A stretch of DNA of 64,000 nucleotides from Pirellulales bacterium. GTDB taxonomy: Bacteria > Planctomycetota > Planctomycetia > Pirellulales > JAICIG01. Below the pieces are notes generated by a model that saw only the letters and a program-made list of their open reading frames with translations, ran no database searches and was not told where the DNA came from. The number at the start of each line of letters is the position of its first letter. The first letter of the stretch is position 1. Positions 9,947 through 19,600 of this stretch are shown here, one piece after another. The position numbers were made by a program, and so were the translations under genes. The stretch spans positions 96,756 to 160,755 of the forward strand of contig JBBDYJ010000032.1 in assembly GCA_040901675.1 (NCBI GenBank), read 5' to 3'.

Positions 9947-10990
9947 ATGCCGCGAGAACCGATCTACCGCCTGCCCCCCTACCGCACCGAAATGGTGCTC
10001 AAGGCGCTGGCCGAGACGATCGACTGGGGGCTCGCGCTCTACGGCGTGCCGGACCTGTGGAAGCAGAGCCGGGGGAGCGGGATCCGCGTGGCGGTATTGG
10101 ACACGGGAATCGACGACGTTCATCCCGACTTGCGAGACGTCGTGGTCGAAGCCCGCGACTTTAGCAGCTCGCCGGTCGGATGGCAGGACCATGTCGGGCA
10201 CGGAACCCACGTGGCCGGCGTCGTGGCCGCCCGGCAGAACGACGTGGGCGTGGTCGGCATCTGCCCAGGACTGACCGAAAACGGAGGAGGCCTGCTGGTG
10301 GGCAAGGTGCTCGCGGATAACGGCGCCGGCCTGGAAAGCTGGGTCGCGGCCGGAATCGCCTGGGCGATCGAGGCCAAGGCCGACATCATCAGCATGAGCC
10401 TCGGCAGCCGGTCGCCCGGCCTCGAGATGCACGCGGCCATTGGCCGGGCCGTCCGTGAAGGGATCTTTGTGATCTGCGCGGCGGGCAACAACGGCATGGA
10501 CAACTCGGTCGATTATCCGGGCCGGTACAGCGAGACGATCGCCGTGGCGGCCGTGGACCGCCATGGGCGCGTGGCCCCCTTTTCGAGCCGAGGCGAGCAA
10601 GTTGACATCGCGGCGCCGGGCCAGGATGTGCTGTCGACCTACCCTGGCAGCCGCTATGCCAAGCTGAGCGGCACAAGCATGGCCACGCCGTTTGTGACCG
10701 CAGTCGTGGCATTGATGCTCTCAAAGCACCGCCAGCAGGGAGGCAAGACGCCGATCAACACGGTGGAACAACTGCGCGAGCACCTGGCCCGCACGGCGGA
10801 CGATGCGGGCTCGCCGGGCAAGGACCCGGCCTACGGGTATGGACTGATCAATCCAGGCAGGATGCTGGCCGGCCTCTCGCCGCCGGAGCCGCCCGTCTGG
10901 GCAGGCCTCCGCTGGGATGTGGACATAGGCGGCGAGCCGGCCGCCTTCGTGTTGGTGCCCAGGGACGCGAATCTTTCGATCAATTTTTGA
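9947..10990 (+). CDS. Subtilisin-like S8 serine protease without a signal peptide
   Basis: Catalytic triad VAVLDTG / HGTHVAG / SGTSMATP; oxyanion AAGNNG. Confidence 0.93.
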   Translation: MPREPIYRLPPYRTEMVLKALAETIDWGLALYGVPDLWKQSRGSGIRVAVLDTGIDDVHPDLRDVVVEARDFSSSPVGWQDHVGHGTHVAGVVAARQNDVGVVGICPGLTENGGGLLVGKVLADNGAGLESWVAAGIAWAIEAKADIISMSLGSRSPGLEMHAAIGRAVREGIFVICAAGNNGMDNSVDYPGRYSETIAVAAVDRHGRVAPFSSRGEQVDIAAPGQDVLSTYPGSRYAKLSGTSMATPFVTAVVALMLSKHRQQGGKTPINTVEQLREHLARTADDAGSPGKDPAYGYGLINPGRMLAGLSPPEPPVWAGLRWDVDIGGEPAAFVLVPRDANLSINF

Positions 10991-11034
10991 AACTCAGGGC
11001 AAACCGCCCGCCACGCTTGATGGAGGCTTTCAAC

Positions 11035-11238
11035 GTGTCCGCACCGCAGAATCCGAGACGGCCTAAACCCAGCGGCTTGAACCATGCCGACCACGTAGCG
11101 CGCCGTGAGATACGCGTCGTCAAGTACGTCATCGCTGCCTACAAGTACAGCGCCAACGGCGACCTGCTCGCATTCGCGCGGATGCCTCTCGAGAATCCGA
11201 CGGGCGATGGTCCAGACACCGACCAAAAGGCCCACTGA
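11035..11238 (+). CDS. Small hypothetical protein with one YD-like motif
   Basis: GGAGG RBS before GTG at 11035; AAYKYSANGDLLAF; fills the gap between co-oriented genes. Confidence 0.45.
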   Translation: MSAPQNPRRPKPSGLNHADHVARREIRVVKYVIAAYKYSANGDLLAFARMPLENPTGDGPDTDQKAH

Positions 11239-11273
11239 CGAGCGAGCAACTCCGCTGCGATTGAGGTCGCGCC

Positions 11274-11660
11274 ATGAACCACTACTCGCCAACCATCATC
11301 GACCACTTTGAATCGCCCCGAAACGCGGGCCGCATGGAGCGCCCCGACGCGATCGGCATGTCGAGCATCGGCGGACGGGCCCCTTACATGACGATGTACT
11401 TGAGACTCGAAAACGACCTGGTGGCCGCCATGTTCCAGACCTTCGGCTGCGGAGCATCGATTGCCGCCGGCTCGGTTCTCACCGAAATGGTGAGCCGGCG
11501 GCCGGTGTCGGACTGTCTTGCCATCAAGCCGGATGAGGTCGAACGGGCACTTGGCGGGCTGCCCGAAGAAAAGCGCTTTTGTGCCGACCTGGCGGTCGAT
11601 GCGCTGCGGGACGCGCTTCGTCAGCTCGTCAACGGAAACGATCAACATGGGAGCGGCTGA
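11274..11660 (+). CDS. IscU/NifU N-terminal-like protein, atypical
   Basis: YSPTIIDHFESPRNAG, FQTFGCGASIAAGS, LPEEKRFCA; the first conserved Cys (CGD) is absent. Confidence 0.85.
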   Translation: MNHYSPTIIDHFESPRNAGRMERPDAIGMSSIGGRAPYMTMYLRLENDLVAAMFQTFGCGASIAAGSVLTEMVSRRPVSDCLAIKPDEVERALGGLPEEKRFCADLAVDALRDALRQLVNGNDQHGSG

Positions 11661-13311
11661 GATGTCGCGTCATCGCCAACAACTTGCCCGCGCGCGGCGC
11701 CGTGCATATCGAAAATCCCGGACCGATGCGGACCAAAAGGCCATGTACCGGCAAGCGCGCGATCTTGGAGCGGCCGGCGAGACGAGCCGGGCGAACGCCC
11801 TTTATAACCGGCTCTTGAACCTGACTCGCGACAAGCGGCTCAAGGCGCTGGTCCATAGCGACCGGGGCGTGCTGGCCGCCATGGCCGGAAACCTCCTGGA
11901 AGCATCCGCGTTGTTCCAGGCGGCCCTGCAATTGGACCCCGGCTGCGCGCAGGCCGTTGAAAACCTGGCGCTGCTCAATGGGGCTACGGCCGTGAATGGG
12001 CCGAGCATGGCCAAAGAAACGGACCGCACCAGTGCGAAGGGCGGTAGTGATGGCGAGGTCCCCGCGCGAGTGGCCATCGTGAGCTTTTTGTTCAACTGGC
12101 CGTCGACCGGCGGCGGCATCGTGCACACGGCCGAGCTGGCGCGTTTTTTGGGACTGGGCGGTTACGAGGTAAGGCACTTCTATGGCCGCAATCCGGCCCG
12201 CGGCATCGGCAATGTCGAAGGCCGGCTCCCCTTCGACAGCCGGGCGATCGAGTTGGCCGACCGGACTTGGAACATCCCTGCTATCCAAGCCGCCTACCGG
12301 GATGCGGTGGACGCCTTCGATCCGGACGTGGTGATTATCACGGACGCCTGGAACATGAAGCCGGTCCTGGCCGAGGCCCTGGGCGAGTATCCGTACTTGC
12401 TCCGCCAGCAGGCTCTGGAATGCCTGTGCCCGCTGAATAACTTGCGGCTGCTCTTCGATGGCGCAGGCCGCGTGACGCAATGTCCCAAGCATCAGCTTGC
12501 CGCACCCGGCGACTGCCGCGCCTGCCTGGAGTCGCGCGGCCATCAATCGGGCGCCCTGCACCAGATGGAACGGTCTTTGGCCGGCGTCGGCAGCCAATCG
12601 TACGACGAGCGGTTGCGCCGCGCGTTTGCCCAAGCCGAGGCCGTGCTGGTCTTGAACCCCCTCGTCGAGGCGATGATCGCGCCCTACGCCCAGCGGGTGC
12701 GGATCGTGACTTGGGGCATGGACCCCGTCCGGTTCCCCTGGCCGTGGCCGGACGAGCCAATCGCCCAGCCCAACAAACGGGTGCGGACGCTCTTGATGGC
12801 CGGTGTGATCGACGAAGTGATCAAGGGTTTTCACGTCTTGCAGGAAGCCTGCCAAAAGCTGTGGAACAAACGGCGAGACTTTGAGCTGTTGGCCACCGGC
12901 CAGCCGTGCGGGCGCTTCAACGAGTTCACCCGTTTCATTGGCTGGCTGTCGCAGGAAGAGCTGCCCCGCCAGATCCGCGCGGCGGACGTGCTGGTCATGC
13001 CGACGATTGCGCAGGAGGGACTGGGCCGGACCACGGTCGAGGCGATGGGCGTCGGCCGGCCGGTCATCGCCAGCCGGATCGGCGGGCTGCCTTACACCGT
13101 ATGCGACGGCGCCACCGGGCTGCTGTTCGAGCCGGGCAACGCCGACGACTTGGCTGCCAAGATCGAGACGCTCTTGGACGACGCCGCTCTCGGCGAGCAA
13201 ATGGGACTCGCGGGGCGCAAGAAGTTCGAGAACGAGTTCCTTTGGCCCGACGTGATCGAGCGCCAATACCGCCCGCTACTAACCCGACGCGCCAGCGAGG
13301 GACCACACTAA
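11647..13311 (+). CDS. GT4 (GT-B) glycosyltransferase with N-terminal TPR
   Basis: TPR-like EASALFQAALQLDP; EGLGRTTVEAMGVGRPVIASRIGG EX7E motif. Confidence 0.9.
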   Translation: MGAAEMSRHRQQLARARRRAYRKSRTDADQKAMYRQARDLGAAGETSRANALYNRLLNLTRDKRLKALVHSDRGVLAAMAGNLLEASALFQAALQLDPGCAQAVENLALLNGATAVNGPSMAKETDRTSAKGGSDGEVPARVAIVSFLFNWPSTGGGIVHTAELARFLGLGGYEVRHFYGRNPARGIGNVEGRLPFDSRAIELADRTWNIPAIQAAYRDAVDAFDPDVVIITDAWNMKPVLAEALGEYPYLLRQQALECLCPLNNLRLLFDGAGRVTQCPKHQLAAPGDCRACLESRGHQSGALHQMERSLAGVGSQSYDERLRRAFAQAEAVLVLNPLVEAMIAPYAQRVRIVTWGMDPVRFPWPWPDEPIAQPNKRVRTLLMAGVIDEVIKGFHVLQEACQKLWNKRRDFELLATGQPCGRFNEFTRFIGWLSQEELPRQIRAADVLVMPTIAQEGLGRTTVEAMGVGRPVIASRIGGLPYTVCDGATGLLFEPGNADDLAAKIETLLDDAALGEQMGLAGRKKFENEFLWPDVIERQYRPLLTRRASEGPH

Positions 13312-13329
13312 CCCGACGCGCGAGCGAGG
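13278..13329 (+). repeat. Two tandem copies of a 23-bp REP-like unit ACTAACCCGACGCGCSAGCGAGG
   Basis: Copies at 13278-13300 and 13307-13329 differ at one base. Confidence 0.75.
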
Positions 13330-13350
13330 AGAACTTCGGCCATCGCCACG

Positions 13351-16300
13351 ATGGCCGCGGAGGATGGCACCGTGACAATTGAGAGCATCGCCTTGATCTA
13401 CGACGACGGGCCGCGCCCGGACACCACCGGCGTGCACTGCCTCGACGCCTTGAAGGAATTGGTCCGCGTCGAGCTGTTTCGCCCCCAGCAGTTCGAGTCG
13501 ATCCCGCGCCGGGGCTTCGACTTCTACCTCAACATCGACGACGGGCTGCGTTACGAGTTGCCCGTCGATTTGCACCCATCCGCCTGGTGGGCAATCGACA
13601 CCCACATCGACTTCGACTGGAGCCTTTCCAAGGCCAAGACGTTCGATTTCGTATTCGCGGCCCAGCGCAATGGGGCCGAGCGGCTCCGGCGGGAAGGGAT
13701 TTCGACCGCCCAGTGGCTGCCGCTGGCCTTGAACCCCCGCGTCCACCGCAGGCACGAGGTGCTCAAGACTCTGGACGTGGCGTTCGTCGGCAACCAGTTC
13801 CCCGGGCCGCGGGCCGACCTACTGCGGCTGATCCAATGGAATCTCAGCCGGGTCTTCGTCGGGCAGGCCTACGGCGACGAGATGGCGCGGATCTACTCGA
13901 GTGCGCGGATCGTGTTCAACCGCAGCGTGGCCGACGACGTCAACATGCGCGTGTTCGAAGGGGTCGGCTGCGGCTCGCTGGTCCTCACGAACAACCTGGC
14001 CCAAAACGGCCAGGATGACTTACTCCGGCGCGGCACTCACCTGGAGACCTACGACGATGCGGAAGAGCTGCTCGACAAGATTCGCTACTACCGCGGCCAT
14101 GAGCCGGCACGCGAGCGGATTGCCGCCGCCGGCCTGGCCGAGGGGCTGGCCCGCCACACGTACGCGCACCGCATGCGGCAACTGCTGTCGGCGGTGGAGC
14201 GTGAAGTTCGGGCGCACACGAGCCTGGCAGTCGTGCCCCAGGCGGATGATCGCAACGGGTCGGCGGCGGCGAGCACGAACGGCAGCATCCGCTCGGTAGC
14301 CGCAAACTTCACAAGCCATGGAGAAAAGGGCCTCAATCCGGCCAGGGCCCGAAACGACCGATCCTACTACCAGTTCGCTCGTCCCGAAATCGCGGGGCTG
14401 GTTCCGGTGACGGCGCGGCGGGGCTTGGACGTGGGCTGCGGAGCGGGCCGGCTTGGCGAAGCCATCAAACGGCGGCAGCCTTGCGAGGTGGTTGGCATCG
14501 AAATGAATGAGCGGGCAGCCAGTGCCGCCCGCCTGTGCCTGGACGAGGTGATCGTGGAGGACGCCGAGTCGCCGCGAGTTGACTTCGCGCAGGCATCGTT
14601 CGATTTCGTGACCTGCGCCGACGTTCTCGAACACTTGCGGCAGCCGAGGCAACTGCTCCAGCGCATTCGCCGCTGGCTCAAGCCCTCCGGGTGCCTGGTC
14701 GCCAGCATCCCCAACGTGGCCCACCACGGCGTAGTCACCGGCTTGTTGGAAGGCAACTGGACGTACGAGCCGGCCGGCCTTCTGGACCAGACCCACTTGG
14801 CTTTCTTTACCCGACGGGAGATCGAGCGGCTCTTGTACCGGGCCGGTTTCGAGATCGCATCGATCGAGCCCGTCCCCGGAGCCGGATACGACGAGTGGCA
14901 GCGCGCCGGCTCGCCGCCCGAAGTCAAGATCGGTCCGCTGCACATCAGCGGGCTGGTGCGCGAGGACGCCGAAGCGTTCTACACCTACCAGTACCTGGTC
15001 GTGGCCGAGCCCGCGGAGCTGCCCAGGTTTGGGCTGACTTCCATCGTCATGGTCACCCGCGACGCGCTTGCCTACACCCGGCAGTGCGTCGAGAGCATCC
15101 GCGCCTACACCGACGAGCCGTACGAGCTGATCGCCGTCGACAACGGCTCGACCGACGGCACGTACGAATACCTGGCCTCGCTGCCCGGCATCAGCCTGAT
15201 CGGCAAGGGGGCCAACGAGGGGTTCGCCGCGGCCGCCAACGCGGGGATCGAGGCCTGCCAAGGCGAGCAGGTCTTGCTCTTGAACAACGATGTTCTGGTC
15301 ACCACCGGGTGGCTGCGGCGGCTCCTCGAAGCGCTCCACAGTCAACCAGACGTCGCCCTGGTTGGACCGATGACCAACTGCACGGCCGGCGCGCAGCGCA
15401 TCGAGGCGCCCTACTTGGAGCTGGACGATCTCGACGACTTCGCCTGGACCTGGGCAAAGCGGCACGACCGAGCCCGCGTCGACGCGCCTCAACTGTCCGC
15501 GTTCTGCCTGCTGTTCCGCAAAGAGCTGGTCACCCGGATCGGCCTTCTGGACGAGCGCTACAAAGACGGGCTCTATGCGGACCTCGATTTTTGCCGCCGC
15601 GCCCACCTCGCCGGCCTCCGCGCCGTGATCGCGCGCGACGCCTACGTCCACCACTTCGGCCATCGCTCGTTCATGGCCGCCAGGTTGGACCAGGATGCCC
15701 TGGCTGTGGCGGCCCGGCGCGTGTTCGAAGAAAAATGGGCAAGTGCCGAGCGTCAGGAGCGTTGCCCGCCGCCCCCGCTAACCCACCGGCAGGAATGCGC
15801 ACGTTGCCGATCCGGCGACCATTCCTGCAACTGCGGTAAGGCGGCGGGTCGCTCCGCGACGCGCTTCCGCCAGGATCTTGTTAGCGAATTCGACGCGGAA
15901 TCCGGGGCGAAGGTTGCACGCCGTTCGACGATGCGCTTCCAGCAGGACTTTGTTAGCGACTTCGACCAGTTCGACCTTTCAGGCCCGCCGTTCGCCTTCG
16001 TGCGGTTCGGCGACGGCGAACGCGCCATCTGCTGCCGATCGCCGGTCGTGACGCAAGACGGCTGGTCCTATCCCGGCGGCGACTCGGCCTTCGCCGACCA
16101 GCTCATGGCCGCCCTTTGCCACTCGGGGCCGGACTATTACGTTGGCATCTCGGACGCCTGCTGCGACCCCGCCTCGCACGACTGGTACCTGAAGAATGTC
16201 CGCGTGCCCCTGGAGCGACTGACGTTCGCCAACATCTTCGTCAACGGCAACTATCCCAGGTTTCGGGAGTTGCTTCGGGCGCCCGGCCTCAGCGGGGCGG

Positions 16301-16593
16301 CCATCGTCTCGTCCGAGGGGGGCGATTTTCACGTCCCAGCCGACATCTTGGGCGCCGGACAGGATTTTGACGTGGACGACCTGGTCCGGCGGCTATTGCA
16401 CGTCGATCGGCCGATGCTCGTCTCGGCCGGCCCTGCCTCGTGCATCATCATCCACAGGTACTGGCAGCAGGCCACAAACAAGCAGGTGATCCTCGACGTC
16501 GGCTCGGCCATCGACGAGCGGACCAAGGGGCGCAAGACGCGCGCCTACCAGATTCCAGGCACCCCCAAATCCGAATTGATTTGCACATGGTAG
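13351..16593 (+). CDS. Multidomain glycosyltransferase: CgeB-like GT + SAM methyltransferase + GT2 + GT-D (DUF1792-like)
   Basis: DVNMRVFE (CgeB-like); LDVGCGAG and ADVLEHL (MTase); VDNGSTDGT and LLLNND (GT2); FVRFGDGE, SAGP and LDVGSAID (GT-D-like). Confidence 0.85.
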   Translation: MAAEDGTVTIESIALIYDDGPRPDTTGVHCLDALKELVRVELFRPQQFESIPRRGFDFYLNIDDGLRYELPVDLHPSAWWAIDTHIDFDWSLSKAKTFDFVFAAQRNGAERLRREGISTAQWLPLALNPRVHRRHEVLKTLDVAFVGNQFPGPRADLLRLIQWNLSRVFVGQAYGDEMARIYSSARIVFNRSVADDVNMRVFEGVGCGSLVLTNNLAQNGQDDLLRRGTHLETYDDAEELLDKIRYYRGHEPARERIAAAGLAEGLARHTYAHRMRQLLSAVEREVRAHTSLAVVPQADDRNGSAAASTNGSIRSVAANFTSHGEKGLNPARARNDRSYYQFARPEIAGLVPVTARRGLDVGCGAGRLGEAIKRRQPCEVVGIEMNERAASAARLCLDEVIVEDAESPRVDFAQASFDFVTCADVLEHLRQPRQLLQRIRRWLKPSGCLVASIPNVAHHGVVTGLLEGNWTYEPAGLLDQTHLAFFTRREIERLLYRAGFEIASIEPVPGAGYDEWQRAGSPPEVKIGPLHISGLVREDAEAFYTYQYLVVAEPAELPRFGLTSIVMVTRDALAYTRQCVESIRAYTDEPYELIAVDNGSTDGTYEYLASLPGISLIGKGANEGFAAAANAGIEACQGEQVLLLNNDVLVTTGWLRRLLEALHSQPDVALVGPMTNCTAGAQRIEAPYLELDDLDDFAWTWAKRHDRARVDAPQLSAFCLLFRKELVTRIGLLDERYKDGLYADLDFCRRAHLAGLRAVIARDAYVHHFGHRSFMAARLDQDALAVAARRVFEEKWASAERQERCPPPPLTHRQECARCRSGDHSCNCGKAAGRSATRFRQDLVSEFDAESGAKVARRSTMRFQQDFVSDFDQFDLSGPPFAFVRFGDGERAICCRSPVVTQDGWSYPGGDSAFADQLMAALCHSGPDYYVGISDACCDPASHDWYLKNVRVPLERLTFANIFVNGNYPRFRELLRAPGLSGAAIVSSEGGDFHVPADILGAGQDFDVDDLVRRLLHVDRPMLVSAGPASCIIIHRYWQQATNKQVILDVGSAIDERTKGRKTRAYQIPGTPKSELICTW

Positions 16594-16601
16594 ATCCAGA
16601 A

Positions 16602-19600
16602 ATGCCAGGCCGACAAATGCCAGACAGCCGGATGGCAGACCGAGCAACACTAGACATCACCGTGGTTTTGACCACGTACCGGCGCCCGCAGGTCCTGAGC
16701 CCACAGGTCGAGGCCATCCGGGCCCAGACGGTCGCACCGAAAGAAATCTGGGTTTGGGCCAACCAGCCGACGCGGAAGCAGCAGTCGCATTTCCGGCGGC
16801 TGAAGCTGGACCGCGTGGTCGCCTCCAGCGCCAACGCCCGCGTACACGCCCGCTTCGCCCTGGCCCTGACGGCGCGGACCCAGTACGTCGCCCTGTTCGA
16901 CGACGACACGCTTCCCGGCCCCGCCTGGTTCGAAAACTGCCTGGCGACCATGGAATGTACGCCGGGCATCCTGGGCGCGGCCGGCGTCCGGATATTCGGC
17001 TCCGGCTACGCGAACCGGACCGTTCACGGCTGGCACGATCCATCGCCCGACACGGTCGAGGTCGACCTGGTCGGGCACGCCTGGTTTCTGCGTACCGAGT
17101 GGCTCCGGTTCCTGTTCGATGCGCCTGCCGTGACCGGCACGAACGGCGAGGACATCGAGCTGTCGGCGCGGGCCCTGCGGCTGGGCGGCATCCATACGTA
17201 TTGTCCGCCGCACCCGCCGGGCGACCGTCGGCTCTGGGGCTCGACCAAGGGCGTCGAATTGGGCAGCGACGCCGTGGCCGCCTCCCGGCTTCCCAAGCAC
17301 CTCGAGGAGCGGGACCTGATCGTCCGCGCCGAGATCGAGGCCGGCTGGCAGCCGCTGTGGCAGCGGGCCAACAACAACGCCCCGTCGACGGCGGCTGCGG
17401 GCACGGCGCTCGCCATCGCCCCGGAGGCGACCAGCTTGGCCGATATTCAGCCGGTGGCACAATCCGCCGCGGCGGAGGTCGTGGTGACCGAGCCAACGAA
17501 CATCTGGCAACTTGTTCCGGCGGGAGTCAAACGAATCCTTCACGTTGTGCCGCAGGTGCTCGGCGAGATCGGCGACGATGCGGCCGGCGGCAATTCGCAC
17601 CTGCCAACCGCCGTACAGGCAGCCGAAGTCGTGCGGGTCACTGTCCATGACATCGAAACAGCCCCGGCCGGCTTCGCGGAGGGCCCGTTCCACTGCATCG
17701 TCTGCGACGACGTGCTGACCGAGGTGGTCGAACCGCAGGCGTTCCTCCACGCGCTTCACGCCCGCCTTTCGCCAGAAGGGTGCCTGGTGGCCGACGTGCC
17801 GAACGTGCGGCATCATCGGATCCTGCAAGGTCTTTTGGCCGGCCGCTGGCCCGCGGGCGCCCTGGGCCCGCTGCGCCCGCGCGACAAGCGCCTCTACACC
17901 CGCCGGGAGATTGAGAAATGCCTTTACCGCGCGGGATTGCGTGTGGATTTCCTCCGGCCGGCGACTGAGTCGGCGCACGCAGGCGCCTTCGAGCCCCAGC
18001 GGATAAACACGGTTCGCGCCGGCCGGCTGCACGTGGGCGGCCTGTCGGCGGCCGAGGCCGCCGAGTTTTATGCAGAGCGCTTCTTCGTCCGCGCAACGCC
18101 GGTCGAGCGGCCCGAATATCCGCTCACGTCGATCGTCATCGTGACCCACAACCAGTTGGACTATACGCACCAGTGTTTGGAGAGCATTCGCTTCCGCACC
18201 GATCAGCCCTACGAGCTGATCCTCGTGGACAACGGCTCGACCGACGGCACCGTCGAGTATCTGCGGGAGTGCGACGACGTGCGGCTGATCATCAACGACA
18301 CCAACCGCGGCTTTCCGGCCGCCGCCAACCAGGGCATCCAGGCCAGCAGCGGCAGCCGGATCCTGCTCTTGAACAACGACGTGCTCGTGACCACGGGCTG
18401 GCTCGACCGGCTGCTGGCGGCCCTGGACGGCGACCACTCGATCGGCCTTGCCGGGCCCTGCTCGAACAACGTCAGCGGCTCCCAGCGAGTGGACGCGAGC
18501 TATGGCGACCTGGCCAGCCTGGACGGTTTCGCCTGGGATTGGGGCCACGAGCACGATCGGCGCGTCGAGGAAGTCGACCGCCTGGTCGGTTTTTGCCTGC
18601 TCGTGCGCCGCGAGCTCGTCGACGCAATCGGCCTGCTGGACGAGCGGTTCGGCATCGGCAATTTCGAGGACGACGATTTCTGCCTGCGGGCCCGCCAGGC
18701 CGGCTTCAAGGCCGTCATCGCCCGCGACGCCTTCGTACACCACTTCGGCCACGCCACGTTCCAGGGCAGTGGCATCGACCTCAACGGCCTGCTGGAGCGC
18801 AACGAGCGGCTCTTCCGCGAGAAATGGAGCTCGCCGCCGGCCGCCAACGGGAGGAATGGCCCGCCGTTGGACGTTCAAACCCGGCAGGTTCACCCCGGGC
18901 CGCCGCCCATGCCGGAAACAGTGCCGCCACGTTTCACCGCGCGACTTGCTGAAACTGGCGGCCTGCGCCTCGTGCAAGGTGAGCCGCTTGTTTCTCTGTG
19001 CATGATCGTCCGCAACAACGAGCCAACCATCGGGCCCTGCCTGGAGAGCATCCGGCCCTGGGTCGACGAGATGATCGTCGTAGACACGGGCTCCCTGGAC
19101 CAGACGCCGGCCATCTGCCAGCGGCTCGGCGCCCGCGTGTTCCACTTCCCCTGGTGCGACGATTTTTCTGCCGCCCGCAACGAGTCGCTCAGACATGCCC
19201 AAGGAAAGTGGATTTTCTGGATGGACTCCGACGACGTCATCGATTCTGAGAACGGCCGCAAGCTGCGGGCCCTGATCTTGGAGGCAGACGGCTCCGAAAA
19301 ACCGCTTCCCGAAACGCTGCTGGCCTTCACCGTGGCCGTCCATTGCCCGGCGGCCGGCGCCGACGGCTTTGCGGGTGCAACCGTCGTCGATCACGTCAAG
19401 CTGCTGCGGAACCGGCCCGATCTGCGGTTCGTGAACCGCATCCACGAGCAGATCGTGCCCGCCGTCCGCCGCGCCGGCGGCGACATCCAGTTCACCGACA
19501 TCTACGTCATTCACGCCGGCGCTGACCGGACCCCGGAGGGCGAAAGACGCAAGATCGAGCGGGACCTGCGCCTCTTGAAACTGGAGCTGGCCGACAAGCC

